Source of the DNA: Epithemia pelagica
Lineage: Eukaryota; Protista; Bacillariophyta
Length of the DNA stretch: 64,000 bases
Assembly (NCBI GenBank): GCA_946965045.2
Contig: OX337229.1
Coordinates: 1,364,001 to 1,428,000, forward strand
Direction: 5' to 3'
This document shows positions 53,147 to 63,112 of this stretch, in pieces (position 1 is the first letter of the stretch; the number at the start of each line of letters is the position of its first letter). A program made the translations under genes and the position numbers. The notes under the pieces were generated by a model. The model was given only the letters and a program-made list of their open reading frames with translations, was not told the origin of the DNA and ran no database searches.

Positions 53147-55873
53147 TGTCTATTCTACCCCGGTCCTCATATGAGGACAAATCCTCATATGAGGCCACTT
53201 TTCAACGTAGCATGTCAAATCATTCATGTACTCCTAAGAGTGGTTTTATTACAGATTCGTAATCTCCATACTTTAAAACATATCTCATAATATTCTCATG
53301 CTTTAATAATGATGAGTAGTGAAGATAAAGTGTGAAAAGAAAAGACTACCCGCGTTGTGTGCGCATTAGAAAAAAAATTTCCATGTCACAATGGCGCCTC
53401 CAGATCCACGCCGTACACCCAATTCCATTGTTTTGGCCAAGGCCATGCATGTGACATCTCTTGCAGAGTGTTCCAGAAGGTATGGAAGCAATGCAAAGAC
53501 GAAAAGGCTGTTTGGGAAGGTGGTTGAAGCTTCCATCCAACGGGGCCCCAATGGAAGGTCCACAACAATGGTGACTGTGAACTTCTATATGGGAAGTTTG
53601 GAGGTGATCAAGCAGAAGACACTCAACCTGAGGAGTGTCATTACTCCCAGTGATGAAGAGCTGCTAGCCTATGCCCGTTTCAGGCATCAGCATGAGAGAA
53701 ATCAACCCCCACAAGCTTCGACGACTGCAGAGGGAAATTCCGCGGCCACAACGGCAACCAACACCAATACGGGTCAAGCTGCGGCATCTGAGCCTCCTGC
53801 ACCACAGCAGGCCATCCAGGGGACACAGACAGCAACAGGGAACCAGGAGAGTGCAGTGGGAGAGTCAAACAATCCACCAGATTGTGAGTGTCAAGTCCAT
53901 GATGTGAAATGGCATAAGGGCACTTCGTCATCTCCATTGAATTGCAATTCGATGGGACGTGTTTCTCCAAGGGATTGGACTTTCAGGACACCTATTGGAG
54001 AGAGAATTACTCCAGGAAGTGATAGACAGGGCTTGCTATCCAGATTGGACTACTTCCTGATGACATTCCCTCCGCGGCAGTTTGACTTGATGCACAGGCT
54101 CACAAATGGGCAGCTTGCAAAAATTGAGAGACCTTCAATGACTAAAGGAGAATTACTCAAGTTCTTTGGCATTACTATATTGATAACCCGCCATGAATTC
54201 ACCTCAAGGGCAAACTTATGGTCAAATACAGCAACAAGTCGGTACGGAGTGGCACCTGCCTTCGGTAAGACTGGTATGTCAAGAAAGCGTTTTGATGACA
54301 TCTTTAGATGTCTCCGCTTCTCTGAGCAACCAGAATCACGCCCTTCCTCAATGAGATCAGAGACATACAGGTGGAAGCTTGTGGATGACTTCATTGAAAA
54401 CTTCAATCAGCATCGTGCTTCGCACTTCCAACCTTGCGAACGCATCTGTGTTGACGAATCAATGATCCGTTGGTATGGTCTGGGTGGCCACTGGATAAAC
54501 ATTGATCTACCACAGTATGTGGCAATTGACAGGAAGCCTGAGAATGGATGCGAGATCCAAAACTCTGCTTGCGGTGGATCTGGGATATTTTGTCGTCTCA
54601 AGCTTGTCAAGACTGCCGAAGAAGATGGATTGAATCATGAGGAGGACGATGACACAACACTCCTCATGAATCATGGGACAGCTGTCCTCAGAGAATTAGT
54701 GGAACCATGGGCTCATTCACAGCGTGTTGTCTGTGCCGACTCCTACTTTGCTTCTGTGAATACGGCAGAGGAGATGGCAAAGATGGGACTCCGATTTATC
54801 GGAGTTGTGAAGACTGCAACTCGCAAGTATCCAATGGCGTACCTGTCAAACGTTGAACTACTTTCTCGTGGGGATCGCACTGGTCTCATAAGGAAAGATG
54901 CAGATGAACAAGCCACCATGATGGCTTTTGTGTGGATGGATAGGGAACGGCGCTATTTTGTTGCAAATACATCTTCTCTTGCGGAAGGAGAGCCGTACAC
55001 ACGAACAAGGTGGCGCCAAATTTCAGATGAGGCAGATGCAGAGCCAGAGCGTGTGGAATTGACAGTGGCACAGCCCCAAGCATGTGAGATCTATTACAAG
55101 ACATGTGGACTAATAGATCAGCATAACAGGTGCCGACAAGACACTCTCAAAATGGAAATCAAAGTGGAAACGAAGCGATGGTGGGTACGTGTGGGGCTTG
55201 GAGTGTTCGCAATGTGTGTGGTGGACTCTTGGCTTTTGTATTCTGGGGCAACCCTGACAAAGGAAAAGCAACAAGACTATTATGCACTGCTTGCAGAGGA
55301 ATTAATAGACAACACATTCGACAGAAGTGGAGTCCCTTGTTCTGCAAGAAGAAGAGGACGAGTGAGTGACGGAACAGATAATGCCGAAAGCCCATCAGAT
55401 CTCATCAATCCACGCAGTGGACAAGCAAGGGCAGGCATTGACATCCATCTGAGCCCAACCAAGAGAAGGAGGAAGGTTGGTGGAGTTGCAACAAACCAAT
55501 GTGCACAAGGAAAATGTAGAGTATGTCGAAAGAAAACAAAGTATGTCTGTTCACAGTGTGAAGACAGTGAAACTCCCTCCGACAGAAATTGTTGGATTTG
55601 CCATACAGAAACTGGCCGGATGTGCTTTCCAACACACGTAGCATCTTGCCACATTAACATAGAACATGATGGTTGATTGTGGTCTAATACTTTTCATTTT
55701 TAGTTGTTCATTTTTATGGTCAAACGGCAGATTCCCATGGTCGGGGTACATTTTTTGTTCCTTGGTTCGTACAAAAGATACTGGGGGCTACGTATGCATG
55801 TTATTCGTAGGATTGTCCTCATATGAGGACAACCGCTGTCCTCATATGAGGACAAATCGGGGTAGAATAGACA
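53147..55873 (+). mobile_element. Complete piggyBac-family DNA transposon (2727 bp) flanked by CTAG
   Basis: Perfect 16-bp TIR TGTCTATTCTACCCCG (53147-53162 and 55858-55873); CTAG at 53143-46 and 55874-77; two subterminal CCTCATATGAGG-core palindromes at each end; single transposase ORF. Confidence 0.92.
53391..55676 (+). CDS. piggyBac-like DDD transposase (PGBD/DDE_Tnp_1_7 type), 761 aa
   Basis: MSRKRFDDI..CLRF, CVDESMIRW (D1), DRKP..G, CADSYF (D2), GVVKT, YYKTCGLIDQHN (D3); C-terminal CxxC..CxxC..CxxC..CF..H cysteine-rich domain. Confidence 0.93.
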   Translation: MAPPDPRRTPNSIVLAKAMHVTSLAECSRRYGSNAKTKRLFGKVVEASIQRGPNGRSTTMVTVNFYMGSLEVIKQKTLNLRSVITPSDEELLAYARFRHQHERNQPPQASTTAEGNSAATTATNTNTGQAAASEPPAPQQAIQGTQTATGNQESAVGESNNPPDCECQVHDVKWHKGTSSSPLNCNSMGRVSPRDWTFRTPIGERITPGSDRQGLLSRLDYFLMTFPPRQFDLMHRLTNGQLAKIERPSMTKGELLKFFGITILITRHEFTSRANLWSNTATSRYGVAPAFGKTGMSRKRFDDIFRCLRFSEQPESRPSSMRSETYRWKLVDDFIENFNQHRASHFQPCERICVDESMIRWYGLGGHWINIDLPQYVAIDRKPENGCEIQNSACGGSGIFCRLKLVKTAEEDGLNHEEDDDTTLLMNHGTAVLRELVEPWAHSQRVVCADSYFASVNTAEEMAKMGLRFIGVVKTATRKYPMAYLSNVELLSRGDRTGLIRKDADEQATMMAFVWMDRERRYFVANTSSLAEGEPYTRTRWRQISDEADAEPERVELTVAQPQACEIYYKTCGLIDQHNRCRQDTLKMEIKVETKRWWVRVGLGVFAMCVVDSWLLYSGATLTKEKQQDYYALLAEELIDNTFDRSGVPCSARRRGRVSDGTDNAESPSDLINPRSGQARAGIDIHLSPTKRRRKVGGVATNQCAQGKCRVCRKKTKYVCSQCEDSETPSDRNCWICHTETGRMCFPTHVASCHINIEHDG

Positions 55874-56207
55874 CTAGTCGGAGGGATATTCATTTCAAAA
55901 TATTGGACTAAAGTATGGCGAGCAAAATTTAAGTATTCAAAACCCTAATGTGGGATGTGCTACAGGAAAAGTAGAAAAGGTACCGCAGTCGCGCACGTGA
56001 ATGACACTAGGGGTACATCGCGCGCATACCGCGCAAAACTTTAAGGCTTGATTTCTCGAAAAGTGGACTTTTCAAATATCTCGACCCACAATAGAATCAG
56101 TCTTATTTGTTATGTTGTTCTGTGCTCGGCATGTCATTGGTCAGTGATCTCTGGGAGTTCGGGTTAGCATACCGTATACTAGACACCCTCCCTATCACTA
56201 CGTATGC

Positions 56208-56235
56208 TACTCCTAGGAGTGCTCCTCTAGGAGTG
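56208..56235. other. Intergenic TACTCCTAG motif island
   Basis: TACTCCTAGGAGT 56208-56220 and CTAGGAGTG 56227-56235. Confidence 0.65.
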
Positions 56236-56449
56236 AATATGAGATAGCTTTGGACGATTTGTTGTGATCTCCTTGTCCATTTATCAGATGAACAAAAGAA
56301 AAAGATATCTCTCATCTCACGCGGCAAGCCTAAGGAGATAATGTGTCCATTATATGTGCAAGTTCTAGAGCTTCGTTGACTGCTTCTTCGTCTCTAGCTA
56401 ACGAGTGTTGATACGATTCGAAGATACATCTTTCTTTCAAGGATTTCGA

Positions 56450-57556
56450 TCAATAGCGTCTGCTTCTCGCCCCATAGCGACGATCCGGACTATCACCTCG
56501 TCGCCGCTTGCGGTCATCGTACCTGGGACGATCATCGTACCGCGGTGGAGGAGGAGGGCCGCCTCCCGAAGAGCCATATCGTCCTCCGCCTCCACCACCA
56601 TGTCCAGGCGGTCCACCTCGATGGTGGTGATAGTTGGGTCCATTTCCTCCCATCCGACTTCCTGGTGGGCCGCCAGCGCTGTCTCGCATCATGGGTCCCC
56701 CTCCACGGCCCATACCACCACCACCACCGGGCGGAAGAGGAGGAGGTCCTCGAGGTGAATGATGACTGCCATGTGGTGGGAGAGGAGGTGGTGCGCTGGG
56801 TGGTTTCGTGGGATCAAAGCGTCCCGCACGTGTGTGATTTTCGTGTGTGCCGCCAATGCGAGAGCCACCGAGGCCTCCTCCCAACCGTCGGGGCAACCAA
56901 CTGGGGACCGTATGACCACGCTCCACATCCACGACAATCTCCCGTCCTTCCAAACGCATTCCATCCGCAGCGCGGTAGGCTCTTTTCATATCATCTTCAT
57001 GCTCATACTCTACAAACGCATACCCACGCGATTTTCCGAGAACATCATCGGCCGAATCCGATTTCGTCTTGTCTTGAATGATTCGCAAGTCTTTGACTGG
57101 TCCAAATGCTTCCATTTCGCGCAAGAGTTTTCGTTCCGTAACCTCATAGGCCAGACGTCCAACGAAAAGAGTATTGTAGCAATTCATTCCATCAAATTCA
57201 CCACCATGGTCGCTCTGCTCTTTTCGGTACCCTTCGACCAACCGTTCCAACTCTTTCTTGTGTTGTGCCGTCTTTTGAGCAGTACGTTCTTCTTTAATTT
57301 GTTTTGGAGTTTTCCCTCTTGACAACGACGATCCCGTATCGTCTTTCTTGATTTTCTCGGAAATCTCTGGCAAATGAGGGGTAATCCCTGTAATAAAATT
57401 TTTCCTTCGTTTCCGAAGTGGAGCAATATGTGCAAGCGGTGGATTCGGCATGAACGTGCTCCGGATCGCCGGAGGCATGAGCATAATAGCGGGGCCAGTA
57501 TTCCCTCTATTCCCTCCACCTCCACCACCGCCTCTTCCTCCTCGACGTCCTGACAT
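56450..57556 (-). CDS. SNRNP70: U1 snRNP 70 kDa protein
   Basis: RRM NTLFVGRLAY...KSRGYAFVEYE...VVDVERGHTVPSWLPRRLGGGLGG; G/P/R-rich tail. Confidence 0.95.
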   Translation of the reverse strand: MSGRRGGRGGGGGGGNRGNTGPAIMLMPPAIRSTFMPNPPLAHIAPLRKRRKNFITGITPHLPEISEKIKKDDTGSSLSRGKTPKQIKEERTAQKTAQHKKELERLVEGYRKEQSDHGGEFDGMNCYNTLFVGRLAYEVTERKLLREMEAFGPVKDLRIIQDKTKSDSADDVLGKSRGYAFVEYEHEDDMKRAYRAADGMRLEGREIVVDVERGHTVPSWLPRRLGGGLGGSRIGGTHENHTRAGRFDPTKPPSAPPPLPPHGSHHSPRGPPPLPPGGGGGMGRGGGPMMRDSAGGPPGSRMGGNGPNYHHHRGGPPGHGGGGGGRYGSSGGGPPPPPRYDDRPRYDDRKRRRGDSPDRRYGARSRRY

Positions 57557-57704
57557 GGTTTGTACTAAAGCGTATGTTTCGGCTCTTTCTATAACGATCA
57601 ACCGGCTGTTGAGCACTCCAGGAGTCCCTGAGAGACGCGTAGGTCATACCCACCACGACTCCCATCGCACATCCGCATTCAGAGGTCGCAGTTTCTCATG
57701 CCAT

Positions 57705-57727
57705 GGGACATGGGAGTGGGAGATGGG
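57705..57727 (+). promoter_or_regulatory. G3N3-4 G-quadruplex motif in the divergent U1-70K / SET-MBD promoter
   Basis: GGGacatGGGagtGGGagatGGG. Confidence 0.5.
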
Positions 57728-58103
57728 AGCCAGCATGTTCCCGCGCGCATTCCATTGTACTCTAAAAATGGGTAATCCCTAGCGGCAAAATGAGTGCAGG
57801 TTGATCGTGATTCATGGTGTGCGTTCTCATACACCCTTACCAATTCACGAGCAGGACTCACCCTTCCGCTGGGGCTAAAAAAGAAGAGAGATGCGCGGGA
57901 ACTACGTCTGCCATTGACGCTAAGGGTTAATGCTGAGAACAATACTCATAATCGTCGACAATGGCGTGAGAGTGAGAGAGTGCTCCACCCGTCCCCACGT
58001 ATTATTCCATACATTTTCCGTTCCAGTCGTACACGCTGACCACGCAATATCAGCTTTCTCTACATCATTTGTTCTGAGGTTTTGTTGGATTTGGGAGTAT
58101 ACT

Positions 58104-61100
58104 ATGAATTCAGAGGAAGACTCGCAGTTGGACGAGAAACTAAGACGGTTTTCGAATGCCCCTGTTATGAACTCGGCTGGTGCAGCTACCAACAAAACAA
58201 ATGGTGATGGTAAATCTCGTACACTCGTTGCGACACATTCAGTTGAATCTTCCCAACAAGTCGATTGCAAGGTGAACGTGGCATCCCGACATACAACACC
58301 CACAAGGAAACGCTCTAGTACGAGACCAACTGATGTGATTGATCTCACATCACCTGATGCTCATGTGACAAATCCTGTCATGACCAATTGTGAGAGTCAA
58401 AGAAAAGGCTCTGGTTCAGGAAAGCGGACACGGGAGGAAGGCAAAGCTCCGCCTGCGCACGACCCAGCATCTCCTCCCAAAAATCAACGTATCAAGAGAT
58501 CATCAATAATGGAGCAACAGCAGATTATCGACCTTACTGAAGGATCTCCTCATGTATCTCCTGATGACTCAAAAGGCGAAGTGCATGGAAGAAAAAGGGC
58601 AAGACATGGAACAAGGGTATCAACCTCCTCGTCAGGCTCTCCTTTCTCGGATCGATCAGAGACACGGCCGAAACAAAAGGATAAGGAGATCATTGACCTA
58701 TGTGATTCGCCCCATCCACAATGTGAAAGAGATTCAGACCCAACAAACAATAAGAAGAAAGGAATAGAGACGCACATGAAATCCGCGTCGAATGAAAAGA
58801 CACACCCATCACAGCTGTCTCCAACTGCAAAGCAAGGGAAACGACAGGACGTTGATTCTCACGAGGATAAGAAAAACGCTCCAACTGGAAAGAAGGAACT
58901 TGGCAAGTCACGATCAACTTGTAAACACCTGACATTGGAAATGAACATTCATGAATGGCGCTATCGACAGCTTTTAGAACGTGACGATATCGCTGACACT
59001 ACCTCGCTGACTGATGAAAATGATACTTCCGGAGAGATGATGCACGACAAGAAGCAAATAGAGTCGGTGGCATGCGAATCCAATCACTCGGATCAAAATG
59101 AAATGGCTGTGAATAACGAATCAACGACCGAAGTTCGAAATAGAAGTGAAAGCATCTCTGCCTGTAATGAACAGCAACTCGAATCCAATCACTCAGATGA
59201 AAATGAAATGGCTGTGAATGACGAATCAACGACCGAAGTTCGAAATAGAAGTCAAAGCATCTCGGCCCGTAATGAACAGCAACTGTCGGATTCGCCGGAT
59301 CATTGTGATCCTGACACTACAGGTTTTATTACGGCAGATGCCTCAGCTTCTGGCCAAGATCCTCCCTTAGACTCCAGCCCGACTGGAGTCGGAAACTGCT
59401 TTTCTCCAGGAAAGCAGTTGGATCTATCGAAGAGACGAGACAATTTCCATATCGATGCGTCAGGCGAAAGAGAAAGGAGGCAACTATTCCACGATAATGC
59501 CGGGAGAGACGATGTTGAACAGGCACAAGAATCGCATGATAATCCTCGAATTACATATAGTGAGCCCATCAAAGATCAGCTCTTCAATATGTTGTTTGGA
59601 GCAGCAAAGAGCACACGAAGAAAGTCTGAGGATGACATGGAATTGGAATCCGTTTGCTCGGCTTTTTCGATAGAAGATGAATGCAACGCTTCAACTCAAG
59701 AAGCTGGTTTGTCAGACTCTTCATTCTCGGATAATGACGAAGAAGATTCACCCAGTGTTGTTCCCAAAAAGAAGAAGAGGAAGAAAACTCTTTCACCTCA
59801 GGGGCAAACAACGCATCGCCGGAAGAAATGTATGAGTATTCGCGATTTGGCTGTCATTGATGCCTCTCACCCGAAACATATGCATTTTGTGGATCACATG
59901 TCCTCTACCGAGTATGATTGCAATGGGCGTCCAGTTTGGACATTTGTGGTCTATGACGACGATTGTAAGTGGATGACGGAACGCCGCCGTCTATGTTGCT
60001 TCCTTTTCTTCGTGTACTCACTTTTGCTTCACTGAAGCGACTTTGTATCGATTTCGAGCGAATGTGGCACCTTCGGAAGTCTCTGGTGGAGGTCTTGGTG
60101 CATTTCTTACTTATTTGGGTTCGCTTCATCTTAACCCTGATGTTGAAAATCGCAATAACCGTGCTCTCAGCAAACGGGAAGCACATATGCCTGAAACTAT
60201 GAACTCACTCGAGTTTGTCCGGGGAGACGGGCAGTTGGCAACGCTCACGCTGAAGGGTGAAAACTTGCATGGAAACAACAACAATCCATACTGGCTAAAA
60301 AGTGCACTGGTGTCTCCTCGAAGCGAAGGAAAAGGGAGCCCTCTTACTGGCGTTGAGGCGCAGGATCAACTAGATGACGACGACTTTGAAGCATTGAATT
60401 CGAGATCATCCAAGAATAGCAACAAAATTGGATACTTGGACGTCCTTCTTGATTCTGACTTTTCTTCGGGTAATTCGGAGTTCAAAATCCGGCATTGTTC
60501 AATATTTCTTGGCCGATACGGACCAATCCTGCGGGAAGGTATGTGTTTCGAATTTATATCTAATATCGTAGATTTCGGATCCTTACTTGAATTGTTGCTG
60601 CAGACAGGAAATCGGAAGACTTTTTTAACTGCAAATCTTTCATTTTCTCTGCAGGTAAGACAGAAAGAACACCCTCCTCTGACGACCATTGACCAGGGAG
60701 ACTAACCACCCACTCAGCTCCCGCCGACTATTGTTTCGGAGTCGACGAAAAGTTTTGTGCTACGGGAAGGCCTCAGATAGTTGATATTACGGATGATTCA
60801 ACCGGCCTTCCCCATGAAAATGCGAAACGATCGCTTCCAATGTACGTAAATGAAGTAGGACACAAACTCGATCGAAAGCAAAATGTGTTTAGTTGTGATC
60901 GGGACGACCGGTCAATTGAATATTCGTTTGTGCTTCCTGATAATATGACTCTCAAAACCGGTGACCGCATCGAGCTTTTAACCAATTATTTCGATGGATA
61001 CGAACGCATTCGTGAACGGCACGGCTATGGATTGAAGAATCTCTACGGAGGAGTATCGGGTGATGTAGATTACAGTTCCTACTTGGAAAGGTGTGTTGGA

Positions 61101-62927
61101 GAACGGCTTCGAGTGTTCGAGCTCCTCTCCAAGTTCTCCATGGCAACGATTGATATCATGGAACAAGTGAACGAATTCATAAGGGAACCAATTGAGAGAC
61201 TCCTTGAAGACTTCCGCGCCTCTAGGAACTGCAATGTTTTCGATGGCCCACAGTTGATGGCTCTTCGAAGAATATTCTGGCTTCAACGAATATTTGAAAA
61301 CATGCTTGAGAAATGGAATGGAAAGGTCGGAAGCAATTCGCCACTATTGGATGCACGAGTGCCAGTAATTCGACAAGGCCAGCAACTTGTTTGCTCCATG
61401 AGATGCCATGATTTTGTTCTCAAAGAAGCGCTTTGGGACAGTCATGAATTGAAGCAAGGTCGGATATCCACTTTAGTGGTAAATGAGGCGGTAGAGGAAG
61501 CATGTTTCTCCCTTCGTGGGCGACTGGTTCAGCCTTTCAGTGATTCCATTTGGTGCGAATTGGCGTGTTGTCTAATTAGACGATCAAGTCACCTTGTTGT
61601 GCAACATCTCTGGCCCATTCAACAACACAGCACAGAGAGGGAAATCGTATCGGCACAGAAGGTTCTATTGGATCAGTTTATCGACACCGCGGAGGAGTTT
61701 TCATCCAAGATAAAGCAAGCAGTGAGTACAGGCGATTTGTCAGGGCTTTCATTCGGGTCTGGGTTTCGCCAAAACATGTTATTGCATTATAGCATTGATC
61801 CGATTTCGGAAAGCGACATGGCGATGCTTTTGGCGGAACACACAACGACCCCTAAGGCTTACTTGTCAGTCATTTATGAATTGTATTTACACAAAAGAAA
61901 TCCTTGTGGTGAATCAGTGGCGGACACCAAGGCCCTGAACCATACAGATCGGTTCTTTATGGCTGCGAGCCCGAGCGTCTTTAAGACGGCTGTTGAACCC
62001 GTTTTAAACGATTTCGTCGGTGTCCCTCAGTCCACTTCAACTTGTGGACCCAATGAAATCAATACTAATTGGTACATACTCTGGCAAGTTCTCTTCGTGA
62101 TTCACCAGTTTGCGTCTATATACTGTGGCGAGGATAAAGTTTTGGGAACTCTTTGCGATCGATTAAACATTCCGATGGACGTGGCCGAATCAGCATTCTC
62201 GCGGGGAATCAAAGGCACCTCTCAATACTTTAAGATTCATTGTGAACGAGAGTGCAAGCTTCGGCTCAAGAGAGTCTTGGACCTGCCGAGGTCGGTCAAA
62301 GTCACGAATGGCAATTCCGATGACTTGGTGTCGTATTCTGGTAATGGAAGGCATCGCCGAGGCCGAAGAAATGTGGTAGTCGAAAAGAACAAAGATGATG
62401 CGCTTGTAAAGCAGAAGTCTGGGACGCCACGCCTTGGATCCAGGCCACAAGCAATATTTTTGCACGAAATAATTCCAGACGAACCACTTGAAGGTGGATG
62501 GCCTCCTGGTTGGACAAAGAAGGTCTATGAGCGCGCTTCAGGGAAAACGAAAGGCGACAGAGATCGATATTGGTATTCACCAGTAAACAAATACAAGTTC
62601 CGTTCTATGGTCGAAGTGCGCAAGTATTTAGAGTTACTGCAGAAGACAAGTGGTGATGAAGATGAGGCTTGGGCTATTTTCAAGAACAAGAAGAGCTTAC
62701 GGGTCCCGCCAGACCAAAACAGACCACTGCCTCAGCTGGAAAATCTCAATGGGATGGCGTTTCAGTTTCCTATCACCCATGGCCAGTCACAGAGAATGGA
62801 GGAAATTGCTGTCGATTCTTCGACTTTCAGTTTTCCTGTTACCCATGGTCAGTCAGAGAGCATGGACTATATTCAAGGCCCAGTTACGGTGGACTGGCCA
62901 GGCTTGGGGGATCCTCTTCTACGTTAG
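58104..62927 (+). CDS. Large multi-exon protein: disordered N-terminus, SET-like domain, C-terminal MBD-like domain
   Basis: Three + strand ORFs are joinable by GT-AG introns near 59965-60038 and 60540-60800. SET-like: VAPSEVSGGGLGAF, YVNE, ELLTNY. MBD-like: WPPGWTKKVYERASG..DRYWYSP..KFRSMVEVRKY. Splice sites not all resolved. Confidence 0.6.
59076..59285 (+). repeat. In-frame 105-bp (35-aa) tandem duplication
   Basis: ESNHSDQNEMAVNNESTTEVRNRSESISACNEQQL and ESNHSDENEMAVNDESTTEVRNRSQSISARNEQQL. Confidence 0.92.
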
Positions 62928-63112
62928 ATTGTTGGTGAGAAAACTGTGAGAGTAGAAAAGTATCAACCGTCGTCGAAATTTGTGTGCTCGACTTAAGGAG
63001 CAAATAGTCACCAACAATTGTCCGCCTATGGAGAACAACCCCATTATGTCTTCAAACTCTCGACCAGCTTGTATAGCAACTGCTCCAAGCTGCTCGGCCG
63101 AAAACAGAAACA

